DNA from: Phyllosticta citribraziliensis
Lineage: Eukaryota
Reading direction: 5' to 3'
DNA: 64,000 nt
Assembly (NCBI RefSeq): GCF_038025025.1
Contig: NW_027117348.1
Coordinates: 1,550,001 to 1,614,000 of the forward strand
The position numbers were made by a program, and so were the translations under genes. Under the pieces are notes generated by a model. It worked only from the letters and a program-made list of their open reading frames with translations, did not search any database and was not told the DNA's origin. Positions 14,995 to 28,161 of the stretch are shown piece by piece (the first letter of the stretch is position 1; every line of letters starts with the position of its first letter).

Positions 14995-16146
14995 GCTACG
15001 GGCGGGGGAGAAGCTCAATTGGTGCCTCGGAGCAGGAGGCAGACGAGCAGGGAGGACGACGGCGACCGGACGTGACGACGAGCGGCGCGAAGGGCCGGGA
15101 AGCTCTGGCCGGTGAGCGCCAAGTGAGGGTGGGGAGGGCGACGACGGCAGGCGGCGGTCGTGAGGGCGAGGAAGGGGCCGGTCGGGGGTCGAGGGCGCGA
15201 GGGTGACAGGCGGAGAGATGGACTCAAGGGACAGGCGTGGTGTGGAGAAGGGCTCGGTGGTGAGGTTGAGCCGTTGCTGAGGTCAGGTAAGGTCGGTACA
15301 GTAGGTAGCAGGCAGGTGGTAGGTTGTTGGCGTCCGGGTGAAACTACGCTAGCGGAGATCCCTGGCTGGGATGCGGCTTGGGGGAACAACAGGTCGAGTC
15401 GGCCAGAGGAGAGGGCACGGGTGAGGGAGGAAAATAACGACGCCAACGAGACAACAGACTGGAGGTGGATGGCGTGCGGTCGGTGAGCGACGGTGCGTTG
15501 GGCTGGCTGGGTGGATGCGTGGCCCAAGTGTGCTGTTTGGATGGATGCGCGTGTGGAGCTTCCCTGAGCTGCGCGGAGCAGTCGACCAACTGACAACAAC
15601 GGAACGAGGGAGGAGATGCGCGTGAGCGTGTTGTCTGCGTGATGGTCGGCCGTGTGTTGAGGTCGTTCTCAACGTGTGTCTGGCTGCGACCTGTACAGGG
15701 AGTGCCGTAGGTGGTGGGCGTGAAGCGCGACAGCGACAGCGACGACAGCTCCTCGGGGTCAAGTCAAGCATCAAAGTGGTGGCCGACGCGAACCAAGCCA
15801 CCTCAAATGCTTCAGCGTGCGGTTTCAAAAGACATCAATGCATTGCATCCCTCCCTCCACCTCCTCCTCCTCCTCCGCTGTCCTGCCATCTCTCCATGTC
15901 CCTCCCCCTTCCACGCTGACCTCATTTCTTGTCCGTCAACCCGACAGCCCGAGCCTCGCCTCAGGTCCTCTCGGAGCGGACTTGGCACGAGGCCAAGATC
16001 ACCCCCCGGCGTAAGCGACGGGCCGGGATCCCTGACGGCTGAACCACATCTCCAGCTCTGTATTGCTCCCGTCTGCTCGCCCGCCGTCTGTCAGATGCTC
16101 CTGGGCCTCCTTCGTCGCTGACCACGTCCGCTTCTCCCTCACTTCC

Positions 16147-19100
16147 ATGCAGAGCCCCTCGTCTTCCCTGAGATCGCACCGCTCCGGCTCCGGCACCACC
16201 GTCGCCTCCACCACCTCGGCCATGACGCACAACTCTGACGAGCCGGGGCCGCGAACCTCGTCTGCCTCGAACCGCTCCACCGGACAATCATCATCGCGCC
16301 GCGCGATGAATGTGAGTCTCGATTTTCTACACAGCGACTCCGACATTAGCCTCGACTCGCTCACCACTAACATGTTGCCTCTGCTGCAGCCCCAGCAGCA
16401 GCTCTCCCAGATTGAAAAGAGCGTCACCCACCTCCTCGTCGCGACCAAACAGCTCCTCGAGACCCTGACCCTCTGGTCCCGCGGAACCGCCACCGAAAGC
16501 GAAGTCTCCGACGTCTATGTGCGCCTTGGCTACGAGTTCAACATTGCTACAAGGGCCTTCAATGCCATCGGAGTGGAGACGAGCGACCTGGGCAATGTCC
16601 CTGAGCTCCTGCGCTCCATTCTGGAAGAGACCCTGAGCCAGGAGGCGTCTCAGTCAAGCTTGGATCGTTTCCTCCCTCGGATCCGTGACATCATCATCAA
16701 CCTGCTCCACGGATTGAAGAAGAAACAGCAGCGGCTGCGCCAGAGGAGTGGGCGCGATTCGGGCAGTTCCAATGGTACGAGCTCGAGACATGCCAGCCTT
16801 GGCGAGGAGGAGGCCACGCAAAGGCAGTCAAGCAGACCGTCGGCACGCCAGGGAAGCGCCGACTTCACTGCCGACAACTCTGAATTTGGGCCACGGACGT
16901 CATCCATCCCAGCAGGTAGAGGGTCACCCGGCAATCATTCTCTGCCGCCAGTCCCCCGAGGCAGTCGACGCGATACCAGCACAACAGATTCGTCGCTCTC
17001 CAGCAATGCCCTCCAAAACATACCCGTCATTGCGCCCTACCCTCCAGACGACAAGATGCCATCCCAACCAGACAATCGGCCCCAGCAGTTTGCAGACTTT
17101 CCCCCACCGCCGCCTCCCCCGAAACAACAAGACGCTCTCGCTGCGCTGCAACGTGGAGGTGAGCTGGAGCGCAGGGCCTCGAGAAGATTCTCGGCATATC
17201 AAATTCAAAAACATCTCGGCGCTGCGAATGGCATTCCCATGCTCCCTACCCAGACGACGCCTGTGCCCAACCGTGGGAAGGATGTGCGAGAGTCGATGAA
17301 TGCTGTTAGGAACAGGGGCTCCGTCATGCATAGCCGCAAGCAGTCGACACAACGTGCAGGCTTCGACGATTCGGCCAAGGCAAACAATTTGGCCGCTCGG
17401 AGAATCTCCGAAGAGAGTTCGGCCACTTCTTCGTCAGTTCCAGCGCCAGGCGAAAACGATGAAGGCTCTCGCATGCAGTCGCCAGAAAGAACTCGAGGTG
17501 ACGATGTCGACGAGGATGCGCCGACGTTCAATGCCACGGTTTCTAGTCCAGGGGAAGACGAATCAGGGACGTCACAAGGTGGGGATAAGTCGCTCTTTAG
17601 GCGTGGCACCATTATAACCCCGACGCGCTCTCCCTCTCGACGAGCGAAGCCCTCTACTCCGGAGCAATCTCAAGAGTTCATCCCGGAGCAGTCGCCTCAA
17701 CCAGGCAAAGAACTCACTCTGTTCCTGCAATACAAGAGCAAGATTAAAAAGTTTGTGCTTGCCGATGGATACAACGACTTGTCGATGGCTCGTCTACAGT
17801 TGGCTTTTATCGAAAAGTTTGCGTGGAATACGCACAATAACGGAGCAGATTTGCCCGACATTTACCTTCAAGATCCCGTGTCTGGCGTCAGGCACGAGTT
17901 GGAAGATTTGAATGACATCAAGGATCGCAGCGTCCTCGTCCTAAATGTCGAGCCGCTGGACGAGGTCAAGCGTCACTTTGACGACGGCATCGGTGATCTC
18001 CGCAAGCTCGTCGAGGGAATCAAGACATCCATTTCGGACCAGCAGTCCGTTATTGAACGCGTGTCAAACCGTCAACAAGATGCAGCAAAGGAGATTGCCA
18101 GCTTGGCTGCAGCTCCATCGGCGGGTTCGAGGGCCTCGATGCTCTCGCCAGTATCTCCTCTGCGTGGACCACCAAGCGGGGCAAATCTCAAGGGATCCGC
18201 TGCCTCGCTCGACGAGATTCAATCGCTTCGGCGGGATCTGGCAGTCGTCCGTCAAACTTACACATCGTTTGTCTCTGACGTCGAGGCAACCATGACCACG
18301 ATTCGTTCCAAGGCAGCATCGGTCAAGTCGACCGCCATCAAGGCCGAAATCCCGTCCGTCGAGGGTGAAAGTGGAAGAGCCTATGTTAACGCCGGGAAGA
18401 AGACCCTCAACGACGACTCGGAGAAGATTGTCAACCGCGTTGACGACCTTCAAGACTTGGTCGAAGACCTTCGCAAGGATGTGGTACAGCGAGGTGTTCG
18501 TCCCATCCCGCGGCAACTGGACACGGTCGCCAAGGATATTCAGAACGCTACATCAGAAGTCAAGAAGCTTCAAGACTTTCTCAAGAAGGAGAAGCCGATT
18601 TGGACCAAGATTTGGGAGCAAGAGCTGCAGATGGTCATGGAAGACAGGGAAATGCTTACGATGCAAGAGGAGCTCGCGCTCGACCTGCAAGACGACTTGG
18701 AGAAGCTTTCGGAAACCTTTGGTCTGGTTGAACAAGCCACCAAGCAACAGAACCTGCAGAGCGGCGGCAGCCGCACGACTAGCGGCAAGGGCATGCACGC
18801 CCTGCAGCTTGATGCCGCAGTCGATCCCCACAAGGCCAAGGACGGCATGCTCAATGAAGTGCGGGCTTTGCAACCAAACCACGAGAGCAGGCTCGAAGCA
18901 ATCGAACGTGCCGAGAAGCTGAGACAAAAGGAATTGGAAAGCCGCCGAGGAGGCGAGTTCCAGCAAGAACTCAGCAACTTTGTGGAAGAAGGCAAGCTCA
19001 AGAAGAGCGGCGGGTTTGAAGAGGTGGAGCGTCTCCGAATCGCCAAAGATGAAAAGATCCGCAAGGAGGTGTTTGAATTGCAAGCAAAGAGGGCCGCCGA

Positions 19101-19293
19101 GTTGGAAGCCAAGAGAGCGGCCGCAGCAGAGGCTCGCCGCAAAGAGGCTGAAGCCGCCGCGGCATCGGCTGCAGCAAACCCATCGGCGGACGTGGATGGG
19201 TCGGGCGATGCGCCATCGGGTGAAGACGCAACGGAGGCCAAGAATGAGCAGGCTCCCGCCACCGAAAACGGTGGTGAGGACGCAGCAACTTGA
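16147..19293 (+). CDS. BUD6: Actin-interacting polarity protein Bud6/Aip3
   Basis: IEKSVTHLLVATKQLLETLTLWS, SDVYVRLGYEFN, LFLQYKSKIKKFVL, DDLQDLVEDLRKDVVQRGVRP, EKPIWTKIWEQEL, LQPNHESRLEAIERAEK. Likely in-frame intron 16312-16389. Possible longer isoform ending at 19856 (see findings). Confidence 0.94.
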   Translation: MQSPSSSLRSHRSGSGTTVASTTSAMTHNSDEPGPRTSSASNRSTGQSSSRRAMNVSLDFLHSDSDISLDSLTTNMLPLLQPQQQLSQIEKSVTHLLVATKQLLETLTLWSRGTATESEVSDVYVRLGYEFNIATRAFNAIGVETSDLGNVPELLRSILEETLSQEASQSSLDRFLPRIRDIIINLLHGLKKKQQRLRQRSGRDSGSSNGTSSRHASLGEEEATQRQSSRPSARQGSADFTADNSEFGPRTSSIPAGRGSPGNHSLPPVPRGSRRDTSTTDSSLSSNALQNIPVIAPYPPDDKMPSQPDNRPQQFADFPPPPPPPKQQDALAALQRGGELERRASRRFSAYQIQKHLGAANGIPMLPTQTTPVPNRGKDVRESMNAVRNRGSVMHSRKQSTQRAGFDDSAKANNLAARRISEESSATSSSVPAPGENDEGSRMQSPERTRGDDVDEDAPTFNATVSSPGEDESGTSQGGDKSLFRRGTIITPTRSPSRRAKPSTPEQSQEFIPEQSPQPGKELTLFLQYKSKIKKFVLADGYNDLSMARLQLAFIEKFAWNTHNNGADLPDIYLQDPVSGVRHELEDLNDIKDRSVLVLNVEPLDEVKRHFDDGIGDLRKLVEGIKTSISDQQSVIERVSNRQQDAAKEIASLAAAPSAGSRASMLSPVSPLRGPPSGANLKGSAASLDEIQSLRRDLAVVRQTYTSFVSDVEATMTTIRSKAASVKSTAIKAEIPSVEGESGRAYVNAGKKTLNDDSEKIVNRVDDLQDLVEDLRKDVVQRGVRPIPRQLDTVAKDIQNATSEVKKLQDFLKKEKPIWTKIWEQELQMVMEDREMLTMQEELALDLQDDLEKLSETFGLVEQATKQQNLQSGGSRTTSGKGMHALQLDAAVDPHKAKDGMLNEVRALQPNHESRLEAIERAEKLRQKELESRRGGEFQQELSNFVEEGKLKKSGGFEEVERLRIAKDEKIRKEVFELQAKRAAELEAKRAAAAEARRKEAEAAAASAAANPSADVDGSGDAPSGEDATEAKNEQAPATENGGEDAAT

Positions 19294-22200
19294 GCCCCGT
19301 CGTTTCTTTCATCTGCTAATGGCTTGCAGCAGAGATGCCCAAACGTCGGTCCAAGCCCTCCGTGAAGCGCGGCGAGCCGTCAAACTACCAGACTCCGCCC
19401 GAATCGCCCTTGCAGCTCCTCAACCAGCCTCAGGGACGCCGCCACGGCAAGTCTCCTCTGGGATTCACGCCTTCTCCTGCAACGGCGCGGACGCTTCGCC
19501 ACTCGCCCACCAGCGCCATCCTCTCTGCCTCTCCCAGGTCGCCGCCGCCAAACGCGAAAAAGGAAAATCAGTCTCCCACCTCGTCGACCAAGAGCTCACC
19601 GCGCCAATACAAAGGCAGTCCGCATTCGCAATCGCGCGTCCGCGGCGTCGACGGTGACGCCGCGCTCAAGCGCCAGGCCTTCGCCAACAAGCACGTGCAG
19701 CAGCTGCGCGAAAGCCCTACGGGAAGCGCGACTGCACCGCCGCTGCGGCTGCGCTCGTCGACGCCTGATCTGCGCAAGCGGCGCTCCATCTGGGACAGTC
19801 TGACTGGGCTGGCGGGGTGGGGAGGCGCGGGAGGTGGTGGTGGTGCAGCAGATTGACGAGACATCCGGCGGCTCTGGAGCATCCATGGCAGTCTTTTCCC
19901 TCTCTCTCTCTTCGTCGTCTGGTCTTTTTCATGACTGCGACCGTTTGGCTTTGGAGATCCCCGCTCGCTCACTGCCTTTTTCGTCGTCACACCGATCCCC
20001 CTGTTGTCTCTTTTGTTGCCTTTCTTCTTTTCTTCCTCTTTTTCCAAGCGTCCTAGCGAGTAACTATGCAGGCAAGCGAGCGAGACGGCATGAGTAGTAG
20101 TAGACGTAGTAGTAGTAGTAGTAATCACGTAATCATAAATTCGACACTACCACGCTCTGTCAGTCGATTGCACTTTTTTTTGCGCCTTGGTTTTGGGTTT
20201 GGCCTTGGCCTTGGGTTTGGCTTTTGCGTCTTGTTGTTGGTCTTGGACTGCACTGCACTGGACCATTTGTACATACTTGCTTGCATAGCCTAGGCGCCAC
20301 GATTCTCCTTTATTCGATTTAATGCCATTTCCTCTCGCTTCTCTCTTCTTTGCTTATCTTTTTCTCCCCCTCATCTCTACCCCTGTGTCTGGCTGGCCCC
20401 GCTCTGCCTGCCGTCTCAATCAATGTACTCCGCACCTCCTCGCCTGCGCACCAGCGCCTCTATCGCTCAACAGCACGGTACAGTCCCGTGCATCAACCTC
20501 AACCAACGACGCACGCGCGGAGGCAGGGGTGGTGGGAATATCTCGTATGAGTACGCCGGGAGACGGCAAACCACAGTAAACAGAGGGAAAGCGATATATG
20601 AGGGCGCTGTGGAGACGGACAGACGGAGTAGTCTGCGTGTAAGCGGATCATATGGCTTGATGAGAGAGGGAGATGCGATGCGATGTGTGCATGCTGAGCT
20701 GCATCCCTTCGCGCTTTGTATTCGACTCGTCGGTTGTGATGGTAGTTTGTGGGGGGAAAACATGATGGACACGGAGAACATGTGACGGTGAGATGCAATG
20801 AGATGGGACGAGATGAATTAAGTGCAGGCGTAGAACCTTGACATTTACGGCTAAGCTTAAGCTTAATTCTGCGTGTTCTGCGTGTTGTGCTGTCGTTCTA
20901 CTCGGCTCGCGTTAATCAATCAACAGCCATATACTCCACTCCATAAATACACAAACAAATACAGATCCCACCCTTGCAACAACAGCACCATCTCCTACGC
21001 CTTCTCTGCAATAGATTCCATGCCTACCTACATGGCGCCGACGAGATCGACCCAGCACCACAGTAATCTATGTATGTGCGTAGTCGGCTGGCTGGACGTT
21101 TGGCCCCCACCACCACGCCATACGATCTCACGACACACACACCGCCCGGCCGGGCACGGTCGTGGTGTTGCCCTTTTGCCGCCTACGCTGCCTGCCTGCC
21201 TACCAGCCTGGTCTAGAACAGCCGCTGCTGCTGCGTGTAAGCGAGACACCCATGCGGAAGCACTAGCGACGCTCCCGCTGCAGGGGTACGGCGGAATGGC
21301 CTGAACGGGTAGGGCACGGTACGGTATGGTGGGAGGGTAGGAGTACATACGGCCGGTTGTGGTGGTGTGTGGTGTGTTCCTGCAGATGAGTACCTTGCGG
21401 TAGGGAGGGAGGGATGTGTATGTGGAAGATGGGGAGGCACCAGGGGGAGAAGGGGCCGGGAGGGCAGAGATGTCGAAAGTTTAGGGGTCTCGGTTGTTGG
21501 ATGCGCGAGTGAGTGAGTGATTGAGTTCTTGTCTCGCTGTCTGTCTGGCTGTCTGGCTCTCCGGGGTCCGGGCGCTTAAATGCTGCTTTTCACACGTGGA
21601 GAGACAGAGTCAGAACCAGAACCAGAACAAGAACCAGTGTCAGAATCAGGGAACGACAAAACAGCAACATCCCAATTCCGCGGCAGACATGAGAGAGTAC
21701 GTCAGTATCTAGACAATCGAAAGGGCAAAGCAGACCCTCGAACAGAGATAATGGAGCTACGGCGACGTGACAGCGGCTCTCGGCTCCCTGGTGCAATAAT
21801 AGAGCGGACTGGTGGCTCACCCGGGGCGGACGTGTGGCGTCGACGGGGCCCGCTGGCCGGTTGCTTGATTGGCCAGCGCACGGAGCCTTTTTGAGTGATA
21901 TTTCGATGGCGGAACGGAAAAGCAGGCGAGGCGGATGGGGGCCAGCCGGCTTTCTCCATCAAGATCCCGTTGTGAAAAGGCCGTGTTCTTGGAAAGACGA
22001 CGCAGTTGAGCCGTGGCCAGCTTGCTATGGGGCCATCAATGCTTGGTTGGAACAAGCTTTCCTGGACCCGGCAGGGTCGGTGGGTGGCGCGCGCCGGGCG
22101 TCTAGTCCACCACACAACCACCACCGCCGCACATGCAACCGGGCTGGCGACCTCAGCTCCAGGGCGAGACGGACGGGCAGTCCTGCTCATCACTTTTGTC

Positions 22201-22517
22201 CGGAACCAACCGCGGCGCCCCCCAAAAAGGATCGCAGACATTGTCTTTTCCGCATCAAGCCCAGGTTTGCCCCCTCAGTGTCGGCGCTTGTCCCTCTCCA
22301 ACTGCATGATACGAGATTCTAGAGCGCCACTGACTGCTGGTCCGGCTGGCTTTGCTGCCTGGGCTGGGCTGGCTGGCGGGCAGGAAGGATGACGGCAATT
22401 TTAAAATGACCGCCGCTGCGCTTTCTTAAGGGGTGCTGTTTGCCCTCTGCTGTAGTTATCGTGAACCCATTCTCTGGTCAGCTCTCTCGGAACATACCAC
22501 CACCACCCTCTCTCAAG

Positions 22518-23392
22518 ATGATGCGTTCTCTCCTCCTCGCATCCGCCACCTTGGCGGCCGTCGTCCTCGCCGACGACTACAAGCAAATCTCGTTTCCCTT
22601 CCCGGCCGTGGAGGGCGACGATGTGGCCGACTACCTGGGCTCCGTCATTGGGATCCAGCAGTCCCTGACGACCCTCAAGGTCGAGTGCAAGGACTCCATC
22701 TCGACGGGCACCAAGTCGTGGGCCGACATCGACACGACCGACATTTGCTACTTCACCGACCCCGTAACCATGACGGTTGGCCCCAGCACTTTTGCGTACA
22801 CGACCGAGTTGACGGGCGACGGCGGCACTGTCGATTTGACGGTCAGTGTTGGCTGCTCGCAGGGCAGCTCCCTGGTATGCGCCGTCAGCGAGGGAGGCCC
22901 GGGTGCGTGGGCAAATGTGTGCTACAGCTCCTACGTGGCGGGTGTAACTGTAAGTCTTTTACTTTCTGGAGGTGCCGGTGGATGGTCAGTTACTGATGCG
23001 CAACAGGGCGTCGCCTTTTCCAGCTGCTTGACGGCCAACAGCGGCACCGTCCCCATCACCACCACTGCCTTTGATCTCAAGGACATGAGCTCCATGACCA
23101 TTACCGTCACCGATGGCGGCCAGTCGCTGACGGCTGGCGCTTCTGTCGTTGCAGCCACGGCCACGGCGACCGACGTCTCCAAGAATGCCAGTAAGTCGAA
23201 CCGCACAATTGGATCTTCGTGTTCTTCGCTAATGAGGTGTCAGCTGCCAAAGCTACGGGTACCACGACGCACTCTGGTTCCTCGTCGCATACTGGCTCTT
23301 CGTCCGCCACTGGCACTGGTGCTGCTCCCAAGGTGACTGCTGGTATTGCGCTGGCCAATATTGCGGGATTGGTGGTGGCTGGCTTGTTGTAG
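22518..23392 (+). CDS. Secreted Ser/Thr-rich protein with probable GPI-anchor signal
   Basis: Signal peptide MMRSLLLASATLAAVVLA, Cys-containing N-terminal domain, S/T/G-rich stalk and hydrophobic C-terminus GAAPKVTAGIALANIAGLVVAGLL*. Two GTAAGT introns near 22950-23006 and 23191-23243. Confidence 0.82.
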
Positions 23393-24105
23393 AGATATAT
23401 GGGATAGAGATGATTGTACAAGACTGTATGAAAAGGTTGGGCGTTCATAATCAGACGGAATGTTTTTAAAGACGATAAAGGACGAATGGATAACCTGATA
23501 ATCGAGCATTTGTTGATTTGTTATTGTTTTCGAGCCACATTGAATGTTGAATGGTGAGACGTCTTGAAGGTGCAAGACAAGCCTGGTCTTTTGGAAAGTG
23601 AACCAAAACGCGAGCGCGGCCATCTTCGAGACCCGTCGGCTCCAGAAGAGCAGGCGATTTCGAGTGCCACTCCGAGGTCGCCAACGAGATAACCTCTGCA
23701 TGTTGGTGTGCCACGATTTCGGCGTCGAAGCACAGCAGGTGGTACAGTGTGGCGCCGTCGCATCGGCAAACGGCACTGTTCCTGGCGATCTCGTCAAGGC
23801 TGCATCACAGGGTCAAGTGCGCGTGGAGGACGGGGAATAACATGGGGGCGTTGTGGGGTGAAAAGTGTGGAGGAGAGCCAGGGTCCGAGCTGCCCAGATG
23901 ATCAAGCCGGACTGCTCCCTTCGTCATGCCTCTCTGTCTCACTCCTGTCCACCGCCTCCAACAGCACGACAACTCCTACGGCTCAACGGTCCGCGCTCTT
24001 CTTCCATGAAGCTTCCATGAAGCTGACCTCTTCGCCGGCAGCAGCACCTACGCCGCTTGAGATAACCCCGCGAATACTGCGACCAGCATAGACTACGAGC
24101 TAGAC

Positions 24106-25933
24106 ATGGCGCCGCTGCGTGCCGACTCGGCGGCCCAAGAGCCGCTGATAAACGACGCCCGCCTCCCTCTGTCGGACGAGTACGACAGCGACACGGCGCC
24201 GGACCTGGGCGACGACGACGATGTAGACGAGAGCAAACTGGTGTCGCCAGGCACCTTCATCTGGGCCCTGACCTTTTCGGCCGGGGTCAGCGGGCTCCTG
24301 TTTGGCTACGAGTGAGGGACGCTTTTGCCCCGCGGACCAGAGGGCTCTGGCTGACGTCTGTCCAGCACCGGTGTCATATCCAGCACGCTCGTGAGCATCG
24401 GCTCCGACCTCTCCGGCCGCCCTCTGACGACGCTGGACAAGTCGCTGATTACCTCTTGCACGAGCCTCTTCGCCCTCATTGCGAGCCCGGTGACGGGCAT
24501 ACTGGCGGACGCGTGGGGCAGGAAGAGGGTCATTCTGATTGCGGACGTGCTCTTCGTTGTGGGCGCGCTATGGCAGGCGTTCACGAGCACCGTCTGGGGA
24601 ATGATATGGGGCCGCAGCATCGTTGGGATAGCAGTGGGAAGCGCAAGCTTCGTCGTGCCTCTGTACGAAGCCTCCTGCGCGGTCTACATTGCTCGCTAAC
24701 CTTTCAAACAGCTACATTTCTGAACTGGCGCCTTCGCCCTTTAGAGGCCGCCTCGTCGTCGTCTCCAGTCTATTCATTACCGGCGGCCAAGTCGTGGCCT
24801 ATGTCATTGGGTGGATCTTTTCCATGCAACCGCATGGCTGGAAATGGATCGTGGGCCTCGGTGCTCTGCCGGCGGCCATCCAGTTCGTGACACTCGGCTT
24901 CATGCCCGAGACGCCCAGGTGGCTGGTCAAAGCCAACCGCAAGGAACACGCGCGCCGCGTCCTCAAGAAAGTGTACGGCGTGAATCAAGACTCGAAAGAC
25001 AGACTGGTCGAAGCGCTGCTCCGGCGCGTCGAAAGGGAGGTGCTCGAAGAGGAAGAAGCAGCCAGCAACCGTCGCAACCCGGACCTCCCCACCAAAGGCC
25101 TCCGCGCCAAAATGGCGTCCGTCAACGACGGCTTCGCGGAGCTGACCGTGGGCGGCAACAAGCGCGCTCTCATTATCGCGTGCATGCTGCAGGGCGTGCA
25201 GCAGGCGTGCGGCTTCAACGTGCTCATGTACTTCAGCGCCTCCATCTTCGCCATGATGGGCTTCGACTCGCCGACCCTGACATCGCTGTCCATCGCCGTG
25301 ACCAACTTTGCCTTTACGCTCGTGGCCTTCCACTGCATCGACCGCGTCGGCCGCCGCCGCATCCTGCTCTTGTCCATCCCGTTCATGGTTGCCGGCCTCG
25401 CCATGTGCAGCGTGTCGTTCAACTTCCTCGACCTGCCCGAGCAGGAGACCGGCGCGACGGCAGCGCACGCCCAAGGCGGCCCGTGGGCCGTCGTCATCCT
25501 GCTCTCCATGGTCGTCTACGTCGCCGGCTACGCCGTGGGCCTGGGCAACGTGCCATGGCAGCAATCCGAGTGCGTCTCCTCTTCCCTTCCCCTCGCCAGC
25601 ACCAACTAACACACAACCACCAGGCTCTTCCCCCTCGCGGTCCGCTCGCTCGGCTCCGCGCTCGCCACGGCGACGAATTGGGGCACCAATTTCGTCGTCG
25701 GCCTCACGTTCCTGCCGCTCATGGACGGCCTGTCGCCCGCCGGCACGTTTGCCCTGTACACGGCCGTCTGCGTCGCCGCGTGGGGCACCGTCCACCGCAT
25801 CTACCCCGAGACCGCGGGGATGGGCTTGGAGGAGGTGGGCGGCTTGCTGAGGGATGGGTGGGGCGTCAAGGAGAGCTTGGCGCGGTGGAGCGAGCGGCGG
25901 CGTGTGAGGGAGAGGGTGGGTGGGGTGGAGTAG
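24106..25933 (+). CDS. MFS sugar-porter family transporter, myo-inositol transporter-like
   Basis: SGLLFGYDTGVIS (spliced), DAWGRKRVI, YISELAPSPFRGRL, MPETPRWL, QQACGFN, IDRVGRRRILL, PWQQSELFPL (spliced), YPETAG. Three introns. Confidence 0.92.
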
Positions 25934-28161
25934 GTATGGTAGGACGGCCGTGATGTGGTGGTGAGCTTTGTTGGCATTAGATGGAATGGCGTTTTCTCGA
26001 GTAGCACTTCGCATTTAGAGAGAGATCTGTAGGCATATCGACCTTCCAATACTACAAACCCACAAAACATGCCCATCCTACCACACTACCCTCTGCTCCT
26101 TGTAGCAGCATCCTCTCATTCCCATCCCAAAGTATCCCCAAAGCTCCCAGTACCCGCGGCCTGCGATCTGTGGCATGTGGCACATGGCCTGTGGCAATCC
26201 CTCCCGCCCGTCCCTACCGTCTGCCGTCTGCCGTGTGCGCCACATCGGGCGACAGGGATGCAGCCTGTCCAGCTGCGTGGCTGCGCGTGCCGTTCCTAGC
26301 AGAGCAGTGGTGGCGGTGGCGGTGGGTGGCAGTGGCGGGGCGGGAGTGTATTTTAGGATTTGTTAGGAGAGGAGGAGGGAGGAACGCTTGGGCGAAGACG
26401 TCTCTCAGCGTATACATGAAGGAGAGGAGGTGGTGGAGGAGGAAAGGGAAGGAAAGGGAAGGGAAGGGAAGGAAAGGGAGGCAGTGAACCAAGCCTCAAA
26501 AAGGCCGACAGAGGAAAATGTAGCAGTCAGTCAGCCAGTCGACGCAATCACGAATCAACAAACCAATCAAGCAAGTCTACAATGTCTTCTGTTGTATAGC
26601 GTTGTATCGCGTCGCACGGACACAAGGCTGGACTGAACTAGACGAGGCGGCAGAAAAGAGGAAAAGAAGAGGAAAGAAAGGAAAGTGAGGCGGCATAGTA
26701 CGTTGGACTGACTGACTCCTTGAAGGCAAACACATCATGAGCAGACGCGAGGCGAAGCAGATTGTGCGTGGGGAGATTGCTGTGATACAAGGTTAGATGG
26801 TAGAGGGATATACAGCCAGTCACTGCATACACAGCCAGCCTCTAGTCTTGCAAGCTGGTCGACGGACAGAGCAGAGGCGAGCGGCGGTAGCTCAGAGGAC
26901 GAACTCGCCAACTCGCCAGCTAGCCGTGCGCGAAGACGAGCCAAGTATCGACTCGACCGAGCTCCATCTTCGATGACAGCGCCGGCAAAGCGATATAACA
27001 AGGCAAGGCAAGGCAAGACATGGCACGACACATCCCGCGATATACCAGCATGCATCTCCAGAACAGACAGCGGGAACCACTTCGACAACACCATGAACAA
27101 CGAAAACACACCCATCAGGCTTCAAAGCAATCAATTGGTAGACGCCTATGTAGATTTATTACACCTCCTATGCGCAAAGCAAGATGATACGGTACGGGGA
27201 TAACAACAACAGTGACAGCGATGAGTGAGAGGGACCAGAGGAGTGCATGGGATGGGTTGGAGGACAAAGAAAGAAAAAAGGAAAGGGAAGAAGAGAGAAA
27301 AAGGGGCGGATGGGTGGGAAACCAGTGTAGAAGGAGAAAAAGAGAGCCGGCAAAAAAACAAACACACGCACCGATGGAAATGAGGTGGGTGGTGGTCGGT
27401 GGTGGTGCCCGGGCTGGGGTTGACATGAGATGGGGAGTGTATGGGTTTGCGGACAGACGGACGGACGGACGGGCGGGGAGAGGAAGGGAGCCGGTGGGGA
27501 GGACAGGAAAGAAGTGGTGGCGGCGGAATAGTACCAAGAAGTCTCTCTCTCCAGAGCAAAAGCCAGCAACGTTGTCGGTTTCTGCTAGTTGAAAAGGGAA
27601 AGGGAAAAAAAAAAAAAAAAGAGGTGCCTCCAAATGTGCTTCTCCCCCCTCCCCGACCCAATAAAAAAAGAAAACCATACCAGACCAGGCACAACGAGAT
27701 GGATGGGATGATTGCGGGCGTGGGTGTGGTGCGTAAGATGTACTGGCGAGGAAAGGGAAGGGGCATGAGAGACCACAACGCAATCCTAACTTTCAAATCC
27801 GTGACCATAACACTCGCTCGCAGCTCAGCCAACCTGAGACATGTACCTTGTCCACCCACACATCCACACTCTCCCTCCCTCGAAAAGACCCCCCCCCTGC
27901 AGCCCGTCGTCAAAAACGGAAAGCCCAGCCAGCGCAAGATGAACGCCTCAGGTTGCCGAGAATGAGGAAGCTCTAATATGTGGGGATGGGCTCATTTAAC
28001 TGAGAGAAGCGTCCACGCTTGTCTTCATTCACCGTACTCCATGATTCGCATTCGAGCTTCGTTCGAGGATATCAGAGCCCAGTGTGTAAAAGCCACGGAC
28101 AAGTCCGACTCTGCATGCAAGACCCCAAGCAGCCGTGGCGGGTGGTGCGCTTGCGGGCAAT

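Noticed and set aside
24770..26014. Long 414-aa antisense and 380-aa alternate-frame ORFs over the sugar transporter
   Set aside because: Shadow ORFs expected from GC3-rich coding sequence. The same applies to those over UFD2, ERG19, BUD6, FOL3 and MAP2.
26881..26960. GCGGTAGCTCAGAGG resembles a tRNA 5' end and D-arm
   Set aside because: No T-arm (GTTCRA) or complementary acceptor strand follows.
26950..28150. Phe/Leu-rich ORFs downstream of RHO1
   Set aside because: Products of purine/pyrimidine-skewed low-complexity sequence and a poly-A run, most likely RHO1 3' UTR or intergenic DNA.
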